NCBI GenBank assembly: GCA_965248695.1 | Contig: CBDFKD010000002.1 | Coordinates: forward strand, 2,272,001 to 2,336,000 | DNA from: Acidobacteriota bacterium | GTDB taxonomy: Bacteria; Acidobacteriota; UBA890; WLXD01 | Direction of reading: 5' to 3' | DNA: 64,000 bases | Part shown: piece after piece, positions 1 to 9,440 of the stretch | Numbering within the stretch: position 1 is the stretch's first letter | Layout: every line of letters begins with the position of its first letter | Position numbers and translations under genes: made by a program | Notes under the pieces: model-generated | The model's database searches: none | What the model was told of the DNA's origin: nothing | What the model saw: only the letters and a program-made list of their open reading frames with translations

Positions 1-137
1 ACCGGCCTCACAGTGAGCGGCGATGTGACGGAATCGTGAACAACGTGTGACCGGCCCGTGAGAAACGGCATGCACGGTGAGCGCACGTTCAGGCGATCCC
101 CGGTCGCCTCTCACCCGCTTCTCACGGAGGATCATCC

Positions 138-791
138 ATGCGCCGTCCCGTTGTCGTCGCCGTCCTCGTCGCGATCAGCGCCGTCGCGCTGCTCGTTCCG
201 GCTACTGCCTTCGCCCAGACCTACGAAGTGCGCATCACCAATCTGACCCGCGGGCAGATCATGAGCCCGCCCGTGATTGCGGCGCACTCGCAGGCAACCC
301 GGATGTTCTTGCCTGGAAGCCGTGCCTCGGACGACATCGCCGCGGTGGCCGAAGATGCTGACAACAGCGGCCTGGTAGCCACATTGGGCGCCGATCCAGA
401 GGTCGGCGGCATGGTCGTCGGCACGGGGCCGATATTGCCCGGCAAGACCGCCACCTACACGATCGACTCCGGCGGCGCCGGGAAGCTCAGCGCCGTCAGC
501 ATGCTCGTGATAACCAACGACGCCTTCTTCGGGCTCGACAGCTTCGACCTGGCCTCGGTCGTTGCTCGCACCGTCGTCTGGCTACCTGCCTACGATTCGG
601 GCAGCGAGGACAACAACGAGGACTGCGACTTCATCCCAGGCCCACCGTGTGGCAGTGGCGGGGTGCGCGACACCAAGGGGAGCGAGAAGTTCATCCACAT
701 CCACTCGGGCATCCTCGGCGAGGGAGATCTGGGGCAGGGAATGTACGACTGGAGGAACCCGGTAGCCCGCATGGTGATCATCCCGCGCTGA
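138..791 (+). CDS. Spondin_N domain secreted protein
   Basis: Signal peptide; YEVRITNLT..SPP, LAEDG-like AVAEDAD, SMLVITNDAF and YDSGSEDN motifs; GGAGG RBS. Confidence 0.85.
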   Translation: MRRPVVVAVLVAISAVALLVPATAFAQTYEVRITNLTRGQIMSPPVIAAHSQATRMFLPGSRASDDIAAVAEDADNSGLVATLGADPEVGGMVVGTGPILPGKTATYTIDSGGAGKLSAVSMLVITNDAFFGLDSFDLASVVARTVVWLPAYDSGSEDNNEDCDFIPGPPCGSGGVRDTKGSEKFIHIHSGILGEGDLGQGMYDWRNPVARMVIIPR

Positions 792-833
792 CGCGACGCG
801 GCCACGCTGACCCGAGGCCGCCGGCGTAGGCGT

Positions 834-1919
834 TCAGTCGCGCACGGCGTCGGCGAGCAGCTTCAACTTGTCGTTCATACGGGCCAGGTCCGGCGCAGCG
901 TTGTCGTGCTCCTGCTGGGTTACCACGACCATGTCGAGGCTGGGGATCACCACCACGATGCGCGCATCCCAGTCGCCGTCGGCGACGTAGGTGTCGATCG
1001 GCACGGCCGGCCATGCGCGCCGCGCCGTGCCGCCGACAATGCCGTTGAACCACCACGTGTAGCCGAAGATTCCCGGCCCGACCGCCGTCTGGTTGCACTC
1101 GCCGCCGAAGGTCCCGACCGGCAGATAGTCGTTACAGGCGGTGGCGGATGCGACCGGCATGTTGCCGGCTATCTGCACGCGCACGCTGTCGGTGAAGTGG
1201 GCGTCGGCGAGCACCTGGCGCCCTAGCCAGCGGCCGCGATTGAGCCATAGCCAGCCAATCCGGGCGAAGTCTCGTACCGAGATCAGCACCCCACAGCGCT
1301 CGCGCGCGCCGCTCAGACCGTCCTCGAGCTTGAGCCGGCGCAGGCGCTTGCGGATTGCTTGTGCCACCGTGCGCCCACCGAATACCTGACGCAGCGACTC
1401 ACACAGCAGTCGGATGCCGTTGTCGTTGTACGACCAGGCTGCCCCCGGTCGATCGGGCATCGCATAGCCGCTGGTGTTGTTCGCCAGATGATGAAAGGTG
1501 ATCCTCCGATCGGCATTCGAGAGCTGCGGCCAGTGTGGCGCGATGGATTCGTGCGCGCTGCTCACCTTTCCCTCATCGAGGGCGAAGAACAGCAAGGTGC
1601 CGAGGATGGACTTCAGCGCCGACGCCCAGTCGACGCGTTCATCGACATCGCCCCAGCTGCGCACGATGTAGCCGCGACGGACAATCACGCCCCGGCCTCC
1701 GACCTTGCCAACAAACGCGTCGAGCTTGCCTCCGTCCAGGTCCACGGCTGCCGCGGTGCGCGTCTTCCAGTGGGCGCGTGGAAAGACCGTTGCTCGATCG
1801 ACCGATCCGCGCGTCGCACCGCCCGGGGCGCCGACGACACTGACCGAGCCGATGGCATTGACCGATCCGACGGCGCAACTCAGGCCGAGGGCGGTGAAGG
1901 CGATGAATGCAGAGCGCAC
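834..1919 (-). CDS. Serine hydrolase, beta-lactamase/AmpC family
   Basis: SxxK (SALK), ITFHHLANNTSG, WSYND, RDFARIGWLWLNRG motifs; signal peptide. Confidence 0.85.
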   Translation of the reverse strand: MRSAFIAFTALGLSCAVGSVNAIGSVSVVGAPGGATRGSVDRATVFPRAHWKTRTAAAVDLDGGKLDAFVGKVGGRGVIVRRGYIVRSWGDVDERVDWASALKSILGTLLFFALDEGKVSSAHESIAPHWPQLSNADRRITFHHLANNTSGYAMPDRPGAAWSYNDNGIRLLCESLRQVFGGRTVAQAIRKRLRRLKLEDGLSGARERCGVLISVRDFARIGWLWLNRGRWLGRQVLADAHFTDSVRVQIAGNMPVASATACNDYLPVGTFGGECNQTAVGPGIFGYTWWFNGIVGGTARRAWPAVPIDTYVADGDWDARIVVVIPSLDMVVVTQQEHDNAAPDLARMNDKLKLLADAVRD

Positions 1920-2119
1920 GATCTATCCGGTTCTTGGCGACGACCGCCCCTGTTGGGGCGACGGAGTCATTGTCGGCACGCTAGCTATAGTAGATGCGAG
2001 TCGGGCCGGGAGGTAACGCCAGGTGTGCAGCAACAGCAGTGTTGAGCACGTCCGACCCGGCCGGTAAGGTCCGCGCCAGGTTGCGGCGAACCGGCGCGAC
2101 GGGAGAAGTGAGGGGTGCG

Positions 2120-3307
2120 ATGGAGTTCTTTGTCGATGCGCGAGCGGCCGCCAATTGCGCCCCCGCGTTGTTTCTCGGTGCCGCACTGGCGCTCGGGGCG
2201 TGCGCCCAGCGTGGCCAGGGCGAGGCCGACTTGAGCACCATCGGGGACGCACCGGAATCCTTCGGAACGTTGCCAGACGGTCGTGCCGTGGGCATGTTGA
2301 CGCTGACCAACGCCAACGGCGTGGAGATACGTACGATTGAATACGGCGCCATCATCGTGTCCATCGAGGTGCCCGATCGCAACGGCAACCTCGCCGATGT
2401 CACGTTGGGGTACGACACGCTCGAGGGCTATCTCGGTGACAGCCTCTATTTTGGCGCGATCGTCGGTCGCTACGGCAACCGCATCGCCGGCGGTCGCTTC
2501 GAGATCGATGGCGCCGTCAGCACGCTGGCGACCAACAACGGCCCCAACCACCTGCACGGGGGCAACCGCGGCTTCGACAAGGTGCTTTGGAACGGAGAGG
2601 CGACGGGTACCGACTCGGTCACGTTCACCTACCTCAGCGTCGACGGTGAGGAGGGCTACCCCGGTAATCTGGATGTGGAGGTCACCTATCGGCTCACCGA
2701 TAACGACGAGCTATCGATCGACTATCACGCGGTGACCGACGCGCCGACGCCGGTCAACCTGACCCAACACAGTTACTTCAACCTCGCGGACGCCGGCGAC
2801 GTGCTGGGTCATGACCTGTGGATAAACGCCGAGCGCTACACGCCCATCGATGCCACTTCCATTCCGACCGGTGAGCTGGCGCCGGTGGTGGGCACGCCGT
2901 TCGACTTCACCACCACCGCTCCCATCGGGTCGCGCATCGAGGCCGATCACGAACAGCTCAGGCACGGCCGCGGTTACGATCACAACTTCGTGCTCGACGG
3001 CGGCGCCGCCGGTGATGTCGAGTCGCTCGTCCACGCCGCCTCGGTGTACGAGCCGAGCAGCGGCCGCGTGCTGAACGTTTATACGAGCGAGCCCGGGATC
3101 CAGCTGTATACGGGCAACTTTCTTGATGGCTCGCAAGTGGGCAACGGCGGACGACGTTACGAACACCGCTCGGGGTTCTGTCTGGAAACGCAGCACTTTC
3201 CCGACTCGCCGAATCAACCCGCGTTTCCGTCGACGATCGTCCGACCGGACGAAGGCTACCGCTCGCGAACCGTGCTGCGGTTCTCGGTGAGCACGCCGGA
3301 GCAATGA
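2120..3307 (+). CDS. galM: Aldose 1-epimerase (galactose mutarotase)
   Basis: GRYGNRIA, NHLHGG, VNLTQHSYFNL, GYDHNF, FCLETQHFPDSPN motifs; start reassigned to ATG 2120. Confidence 0.93.
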   Translation: MEFFVDARAAANCAPALFLGAALALGACAQRGQGEADLSTIGDAPESFGTLPDGRAVGMLTLTNANGVEIRTIEYGAIIVSIEVPDRNGNLADVTLGYDTLEGYLGDSLYFGAIVGRYGNRIAGGRFEIDGAVSTLATNNGPNHLHGGNRGFDKVLWNGEATGTDSVTFTYLSVDGEEGYPGNLDVEVTYRLTDNDELSIDYHAVTDAPTPVNLTQHSYFNLADAGDVLGHDLWINAERYTPIDATSIPTGELAPVVGTPFDFTTTAPIGSRIEADHEQLRHGRGYDHNFVLDGGAAGDVESLVHAASVYEPSSGRVLNVYTSEPGIQLYTGNFLDGSQVGNGGRRYEHRSGFCLETQHFPDSPNQPAFPSTIVRPDEGYRSRTVLRFSVSTPEQ

Positions 3308-3434
3308 TCCACCTGCGCGCCAGCCTCAATCGCCCGCAGTCGTCCCTGCGGCATCTCTGAGTGTCGCTGGTGAAGCACGTATACCGGGGGTACAACGACC
3401 GGAACTGCGGTCGTCTGCGGTAGAGTCGTCCGTC

Positions 3435-4253
3435 ATGGCCCGGCGCACGCTGTTGATCGGAACGGTGATCGCGGCGCTCGGTGTGCCGGCTGCCGCTCCT
3501 GGTAGCTTCGGCGACGCTACCGCAAGGTCTTCCGACCGGCGCTCTGCCGAGACCGTTCGGATTCTCGCTTACAACATCCACCACGGCGAGGGAATGGACG
3601 ACCACGTCGACCTGGTGCGCATCGCGGCGTTCATCAACGAGCTTTCACCCGACCTCGTGGCGCTGCAGGAAGTCGACCGCGGAGCGGGGCGCACCGGTGG
3701 CGTCGATCAGGCGGCGATGCTCGGCGAGCTGACCGGTATGAGCGCCGTATTCGGCGAGTTCATGCCGTACCAGGGCGGTCAGTACGGCATGGCGTTGCTG
3801 TCGCGCTGGCCGGTGATCGAGACCACCAACCATCGGCTGCCGGATGGCCTGGAGCCGCGCTCCGCGCTCGCCGCGCGGGTGCGCTCGCCGGCGAGTAGCC
3901 GGGAGCTGATCTTCGCCGGTATCCATCTGTATCGCAGCGACGAGGAACGCCTGGCGCAGGCGAGTCGGATCGTCGAGCTCCTGGGCGACAGTGCGTTACC
4001 GGTGGTGCTTGCGGGCGACTTCAACTCGACGCCCGACTCCGAGGTCATGCGACTGCTGTCGCGCTCCTGGCGCATCGTCGACAAGGGAACGGACCGACTT
4101 ACCTGGTCGTCGACCAAGCCCGAGATGGAGATCGATTATGTGCTGCTGCCGCCGTCCGGAGCGCTCCGGTCGCTGGACCACCGGGTACTCGACGAGGCGG
4201 TGATCTCAGACCATCGGCCGTTGTGGATCGAGTTGAGCTGGGACGACCAATAG
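3435..4253 (+). CDS. Endonuclease/exonuclease/phosphatase family protein
   Basis: YNIHHG, DLVALQEVD, AGDFNS, IDYV, SDHRP motifs; signal peptide. Confidence 0.9.
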   Translation: MARRTLLIGTVIAALGVPAAAPGSFGDATARSSDRRSAETVRILAYNIHHGEGMDDHVDLVRIAAFINELSPDLVALQEVDRGAGRTGGVDQAAMLGELTGMSAVFGEFMPYQGGQYGMALLSRWPVIETTNHRLPDGLEPRSALAARVRSPASSRELIFAGIHLYRSDEERLAQASRIVELLGDSALPVVLAGDFNSTPDSEVMRLLSRSWRIVDKGTDRLTWSSTKPEMEIDYVLLPPSGALRSLDHRVLDEAVISDHRPLWIELSWDDQ

Positions 4254-4254
4254 G

Positions 4255-4514
4255 GTCCGCCCGACACGGCGGTGATCCTTGCCGTCGCGGGTCGCACGGT
4301 CGCGTTCGCCGCCGCCGGCGTCATGCTCGGTCTGCTGGGTGCGCTGACGGTGGCGCGATTTATGTCGGGCCTGCTTTTCGGCGTCGCGCCGACCGACCCG
4401 CTGGTATTCGGCGCCGTGGCGGCGATGTTCACCCTGGTAGCGCTTTGTGCCTGCTATCTGCCGGCGCGAGACGCGGCCCGGCAGGCTCCCGCCAATGCGC
4501 TGCGCGGCGAGTGA
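4255..4514 (+). pseudogene. C-terminal fragment of ADOP/FtsX-type ABC permease
   Basis: GLLFGVAPTDP...ACYLPARDAARQAPANALRGE is the typical permease C-terminus; the N-terminal part is absent. Confidence 0.75.
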
Positions 4515-4563
4515 CCTCAGTCGGTCGGAACTCGCGCCCAGGCGCTTTGCTATTACAGGCCAC

Positions 4564-6354
4564 TCAGTCGACCCTCTCCACCGAGCCGCGCAGCAGCAGC
4601 CAGGTGTCGGGATCGAGTGAAACAGCGGTCGGTTCGCGGTCGGCCGCGATCGAGAAACGATCCGCTGCCGTGCCGAGCTGGACGACCTCACGCCAGTCGG
4701 TCCCGTCGTCGCCTCGCAGCTCCACGGTAAGCGGCATCCGGTAGACGTACCTACCGGGCTGGCGGATCTGGAGATCCACTGTACCGGAGGCCGCGTCGTA
4801 GCTCCACGAGCCCTCGACGTCAATGCTGCCGCCACCGCGGTACAGCCACTGATCGAAGAACTCGCCCAGCTGGCGCCCGGACACGGCTTCCATGACGCGC
4901 CGGAAGTCGTCGGTCGTCGCGTGGCCGTTGAAGTGCGTCGCGTAGTAGCGCCGGATTCCCTTCCAGAACGTTTCCGTGCCCACCAGGCCGCGCAGCATGT
5001 GCAGCGTCCAGGCTCCCTTCTGGTACTGCATCGGCGTGGTGACCTTCGACATGTCGTCGAGATTGTCATGCACGATGCGGTAGTCGGGGTTGCCGGCGTA
5101 GAAGGCCAGCACCCGATCGCGGGCGCTGCGCAGGCCGTCCACGAACGCGTCGCGCCCGTAATGGTGCTCGATAAAGAGCAGCGTGAAGTAGGTGGCGAAC
5201 CCCTCGCTCAGCCACACGTCGTCCCAGTCCCACTCGGTGACCGCGTTGCCGAACCACTGATGGGCGATCTCGTGGATGATGACGTTGCGCCAGCGGATGC
5301 TGCGCGTACCAGTTACCGAATCATCGCCGTAGAAGATGGCCGAGGCCGACTCCATGCCCCCGCCGACGCTATTGGACTGGATGTTGGCGAGCTTCTCGTA
5401 GGCGTACGGCCCTACCCACTCGGAGTAGAAGTCGAGCGCCTCGCGCGTCGGGTAGGCGAAGTCGTAGAACCCTGCATCGCGGTCCTGGGCGTACACCCAG
5501 GTCTGCACCGGCACACCGGCGTGCTCTCCGAGGTGTTGCACAGCGAAGCGGGCCGCCCCCAGCACATACAGCCACGGCGCGATCGGCACCGTCTGGCGCC
5601 AGTGGGTCAAGCGATTGCCGTCGGCGAGATCGGTCTCCTCCACCAGCAATCCGTTGGAGACGACCTGATAGTGGTCCGGGGCGGTGATCACCATCTGGCT
5701 CCGCGCCTTGTCGTACGGGTGGTCGACCGTCGGCAGCCAGTTGCGCGCCTTGGCGGGCCAGTTGTCGGAGAAGAAGGTGCGATCACCGTGCTTGTTGTTG
5801 CCGATCACGAGGCCGGTCTCGGGCACCCCCGCGTAGGCAACGGTCAGGAACACGCGGTCCCCCGTCTCGGACGCGCTATCCAGCTCGACGCGCAGGCGAT
5901 CGGCGTCGTGCGAGAAGCGCGCCGGCGCCCCCCGGTCGGGCTCGGGAACCGCCGGGGCCAGCAGGGCGCTCTCGTGTCGCCCGCCCGCCAACCAGACTCC
6001 GGCCACCTGCATCCCGCTCTCGCTGTCGGCAGATGAGCGGCCGATCAGGTCGAGCTCGACCGCGCGGACGCCGTCCGTCTCGAGCCGCAGGTCGATCGTA
6101 GTGAGGCCGGTGATGGAGTCCGACGAATCGTTCAGGGTCAGCCGGAAGATGTACTCGCTGACATCGATGCCGGTGTTCCTGGGGTAGGTGTCGGACGCGC
6201 CCGCGGATCCCACGGCCGCAGCGAGCATGACGCACAGAGCGCTCGCTGCTGACCGACGAATCCGGCGCTGCCGCCGAGCGTTTACGGAAAGCATGTCGTG
6301 GTTCTCCCAGAGGACGCGAGTGGCACCGCCAAGGGGCGCGGCGGGGTCCGTCAT
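4564..6354 (-). CDS. M1 family zinc aminopeptidase
   Basis: GGMES, HEIAHQWFGN..WLSEGFATY, YQKGAWTLHMLR motifs; true start may be near 6294. Confidence 0.92.
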   Translation of the reverse strand: MTDPAAPLGGATRVLWENHDMLSVNARRQRRIRRSAASALCVMLAAAVGSAGASDTYPRNTGIDVSEYIFRLTLNDSSDSITGLTTIDLRLETDGVRAVELDLIGRSSADSESGMQVAGVWLAGGRHESALLAPAVPEPDRGAPARFSHDADRLRVELDSASETGDRVFLTVAYAGVPETGLVIGNNKHGDRTFFSDNWPAKARNWLPTVDHPYDKARSQMVITAPDHYQVVSNGLLVEETDLADGNRLTHWRQTVPIAPWLYVLGAARFAVQHLGEHAGVPVQTWVYAQDRDAGFYDFAYPTREALDFYSEWVGPYAYEKLANIQSNSVGGGMESASAIFYGDDSVTGTRSIRWRNVIIHEIAHQWFGNAVTEWDWDDVWLSEGFATYFTLLFIEHHYGRDAFVDGLRSARDRVLAFYAGNPDYRIVHDNLDDMSKVTTPMQYQKGAWTLHMLRGLVGTETFWKGIRRYYATHFNGHATTDDFRRVMEAVSGRQLGEFFDQWLYRGGGSIDVEGSWSYDAASGTVDLQIRQPGRYVYRMPLTVELRGDDGTDWREVVQLGTAADRFSIAADREPTAVSLDPDTWLLLRGSVERVD

Positions 6355-8036
6355 GCCCCGTCTTCGGAGCCGGGATCGGGGTCGTCAACGACACCGAGGT
6401 CGTGGCGCAGCCTCACGAGCTCTTCTGCAAGCTCTGCACGCAGATCCTGATGTGCAGCATCTGCGTGGATGCTGGCTAGCTCGTGCGGGTCGGTCGACAA
6501 ATCGAACATCTCCCATTCGTCGGTCTCCGGGAAGCGCACCAGCTTATGTCGCTCGGTGACCACCCCGTAGTGCTCGGCCACGGCATGAACGGCATTGGCT
6601 CCCTCGTAGTAGTGATAGTAGAAACTCCGGCGCCAGTCCTCGGGGTCTTCGCCGCGCAACACGGGCACCAGGCTGCGTCCCTGCATGGCCGTCGGCGCCT
6701 CGAGCCCGGCGAGGTCGAGAAATGTGGGGGCGAGGTCGAGGTTGGAGACGATCAGCTGACTAGCGGCGCCGGGGTCGGTCTCGCCCGGCCAGCGAACCAG
6801 CAGCGGTGTGCGCAACGACTCCTCGTAAATCCAGCGCTTGTCGAACCAACCGTGCTCGCCGAGATAGAAACCCTGGTCCGAGGCGTACACCACGACGGTG
6901 TTGTCGGCGATACCCAGCGTTTCCAGGGAATCGAGCACGCGCCCGACGCTGGTGTCGATGGCGGCGATCGTGCGCAGGTAGTCGCGCAGGTACTCCTGGT
7001 ACTTCCAGCGGACGAGATCGCGACCTTCGAGCCCGGCTTCGGCAAACGCTTCGTTGCGCGGCGCGTACTCAGCGTCCCAGGCGGCACGCTGCTCGGTGGT
7101 GAGGCGGTCCATCAGCCGCGCCCAGTACTCCAGCTCCCCATCCGGTGCCGAATCCGCTCGTCCCACCTTGAGGTCCGTCACCAGGGTCATGTGTCGGTCG
7201 ATCTCCATCTCCTGGTTCGACGCGGGGCTGGCGCGGCCGGAGTAGTCGTCGAACAGCGTTGGCGGCTCCGGGAACACCGTGTCCGCGTACACACCCAGCT
7301 CAGCCGGACCCGGCATCCAGTTGCGGTGCGGCGCCTTGTGTCCCAACCACATGAAAAACGGGCGATCCGGGTCGCGCTCGTCGGCGAGCCAGTCGACTGC
7401 CAGGTCGGTGATCACCTCGGTTACGTAACCTTCGTGGCGCACCACCCCTTCCGGCGTGCGCAGGTCGGGGTTGTAGTAGTTGCCCTGACCCGGCAGCACC
7501 TCCCAGCGATCGAACCCGGTAGGGGCGCTCTTGAGGTGCCACTTGCCGAAAGCCGCCGTCTCGTAGCCGGCTCCCCGGAGCAGCTTCGGAAAGGTGGTCT
7601 GCAAGCCGTCGAACGTGTCGACGTTGTCGAGCACGCCATTGATGTGGCTGTACAAGCCGCTCAACACCACGGCGCGGCTCGGAGCGCAGATAGAGTTGGT
7701 CACCAGGGCGCGATCGAAACGCATACCGGCGGCGGCGATGCGGTCGATGTTCGGCGTCTCGTTGAGCACCGAGCCGTAGGCGCCGAGCGCCTGATACGCG
7801 TGGTCGTCGGCGAATATGAAGAGGATGTTGGGCGGTACTTCCTCCATCGACAAGCGACTCGTGTTCGCACAGGCTGCGACCCCACCGAGCGCGATCATTG
7901 CGCCGCACAGAGCTCTACGCCAGTGGCGGAAGCCAGTAGCGTCGCGCGCGCCCGTCACAGGGGTGTTGTTGATCATCCCGAAGGCGGCTGCCTCTTGTGC
8001 CCGAAATAGGCCCACGCGTCCCTCCATGCGTGTCAC
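6351..8036 (-). CDS. Sulfatase (N-acetylglucosamine-6-sulfatase-like)
   Basis: PNILFIFADDH, CAPSRA (CxPxR), GKWHL, YASDQGFYLGEHGWFDKR; start uncertain. Confidence 0.92.
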   Translation of the reverse strand: MTRMEGRVGLFRAQEAAAFGMINNTPVTGARDATGFRHWRRALCGAMIALGGVAACANTSRLSMEEVPPNILFIFADDHAYQALGAYGSVLNETPNIDRIAAAGMRFDRALVTNSICAPSRAVVLSGLYSHINGVLDNVDTFDGLQTTFPKLLRGAGYETAAFGKWHLKSAPTGFDRWEVLPGQGNYYNPDLRTPEGVVRHEGYVTEVITDLAVDWLADERDPDRPFFMWLGHKAPHRNWMPGPAELGVYADTVFPEPPTLFDDYSGRASPASNQEMEIDRHMTLVTDLKVGRADSAPDGELEYWARLMDRLTTEQRAAWDAEYAPRNEAFAEAGLEGRDLVRWKYQEYLRDYLRTIAAIDTSVGRVLDSLETLGIADNTVVVYASDQGFYLGEHGWFDKRWIYEESLRTPLLVRWPGETDPGAASQLIVSNLDLAPTFLDLAGLEAPTAMQGRSLVPVLRGEDPEDWRRSFYYHYYEGANAVHAVAEHYGVVTERHKLVRFPETDEWEMFDLSTDPHELASIHADAAHQDLRAELAEELVRLRHDLGVVDDPDPGSEDGA

Positions 8037-8147
8037 GAATTGCTGGGTAGTCTACGGATCGATCACCTATCGTGGCCCTTGAGCAGCACCAGCCTACGCG
8101 CCGCCGCCGCCAGAAACACATCCGGGACGCGGCGAAGGGCGGGCGGT

Positions 8148-8187
8148 AAGAAAGTAAAGGCGCCCAACGGACGAATCCGGGGCGCCT
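8148..8187 (-). terminator. Rho-independent terminator downstream of tRNA-Asn
   Basis: AGGCGCCC/GGGCGCCT stem followed by TTACTTTCTT on the minus strand. Confidence 0.6.
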
Positions 8188-8229
8188 CGTCGATCGCCGT
8201 GGGCGGTCGAAGCTGCAGCTATGAGGAAG

Positions 8230-8302
8230 CTCCTGAGGTAGGACTTGAACCTACAACCCTCCGGTTAACAGCCGGATGCTCTGCCAATTGAGCTACTCAG
8301 GA
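8230..8302 (-). tRNA. tRNA-Asn (GTT)
   Basis: TCCTGAG/CTCAGGA acceptor stem, TAGCTCAATTGGCAGAGC D arm, CCGG-CTGTTAA-CCGG anticodon arm, GGTTCAAGTCC T arm; CCA not encoded. Confidence 0.95.
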
Positions 8303-8518
8303 TCCAGAGACGATCAAGCCTCTGAGAGCTGTTGGGCCGGAAGTCAGAAGCTGACCTTGCCGGCGCAGAAAAAGGTACCACCGTTGTCGTCTGCCGGACA
8401 ACAACTTTGCAGGGATGGCGATGATGTGGCTCGCCATGATGTCGACCACCATGGTCGGGGGTCGCTAGCGCGGTGGGCCGCGATGTCCGCTTCCGGGCTC
8501 GACGCCTCCCGCCGATTG

Positions 8519-9121
8519 CTACAGCTCGCGCCGCCCTTCCAGCGCCCGCGACATAGTGACCTCGTCGGCGTACTCGATATCTCCACCCACCGGGATCCCG
8601 GCGGCGATCCTCGTTACCGCTGTCCCCGTGGGCTTGAGCAGCCTGGCCAGGTACGCCGCGGTTGCCTCGCCCTCAACGGTCGGATTGGTTGCCACGATTA
8701 CCTCGCGCACCTCGTTGTCGCGTACACGGCGCTCGAGCTGACCAAGCTGAAGCTCGTCGGGACCGATTCCGTCAAGCGGTGACAGCGAGCCCCCGAGCAC
8801 GTGGTAGCGGCCGCGAAAGCGACTCGTGCGCTCGATCGCAGCCAGGTCGTGGCCTTCCTCGACGATGCACAGCAGGCCGTCGTCGCGTGCCGGATCCGTA
8901 CAGTAGGTACACGGGTCCTGGTCGCTGAGCAGGTTGCAGTTGCCGCAGGGGCGAATCTTGCGGCGCACCTCGAGAAGCGCGTCTGCCAGCTCCTGCGTTT
9001 CGGAGGCCGGTGCCTTCAGCAGATAGAACGCCAGGCGTTGAGCCGTCTTGCGTCCGATGGTCGGCAATCGCTGGAGCCGATCGATGAGATCGGCCACCGG
9101 ACCGGAGTCGGTATAGCTCAT
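8519..9121 (-). CDS. recR: Recombination mediator RecR
   Basis: LPTIGRKTAQRLAF HhH, C4 zinc finger, TOPRIM ATNPTVEGEATA; ybaB-recR synteny. Confidence 0.97.
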   Translation of the reverse strand: MSYTDSGPVADLIDRLQRLPTIGRKTAQRLAFYLLKAPASETQELADALLEVRRKIRPCGNCNLLSDQDPCTYCTDPARDDGLLCIVEEGHDLAAIERTSRFRGRYHVLGGSLSPLDGIGPDELQLGQLERRVRDNEVREVIVATNPTVEGEATAAYLARLLKPTGTAVTRIAAGIPVGGDIEYADEVTMSRALEGRREL

Positions 9122-9124
9122 GGC

Positions 9125-9436
9125 TCAGCCGAGCATTCCGCCGAGCGCGCCGAGGCCGCCCGGGATCATGCCGCCAATCTTCTGCTGAACCTGTTCTTCG
9201 GCCCGTCGCACCGCCTCGCTGACCGCCGACACCACGAGGTCCTGCAGCATCTCGACGTCTTCCGGATCGACCACGTCAGGCTCGATCTTCAGATCGAGCA
9301 GCGTCTTCGCACCGTTCACCGTCGCCGTGACCATGCCGCCGCCAACCGATGCCGTCACCCGCATCTCCTCGAGCTCGGCCTGCAGCTTGTCCTGCATTTG
9401 CTGCGCCTGGCGCATCATCTTTTTCATGTCCATCAT
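9125..9436 (-). CDS. ybaB: YbaB/EbfC nucleoid-associated protein
   Basis: MMRQAQQMQ..GGGMVTATVNG..DVEMLQDLVVSAV; lies between dnaX and recR. Confidence 0.95.
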   Translation of the reverse strand: MMDMKKMMRQAQQMQDKLQAELEEMRVTASVGGGMVTATVNGAKTLLDLKIEPDVVDPEDVEMLQDLVVSAVSEAVRRAEEQVQQKIGGMIPGGLGALGGMLG

Positions 9437-9440
9437 CGGC

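Noticed and set aside
6483-8009. Long antisense ORFs (also 4921-6036, 18009-19154, 44136-45554 and the 5' extensions of 51529-53955 and 59688-61301)
   Set aside because: Shadow frames of real high-GC genes, with no recognisable motifs
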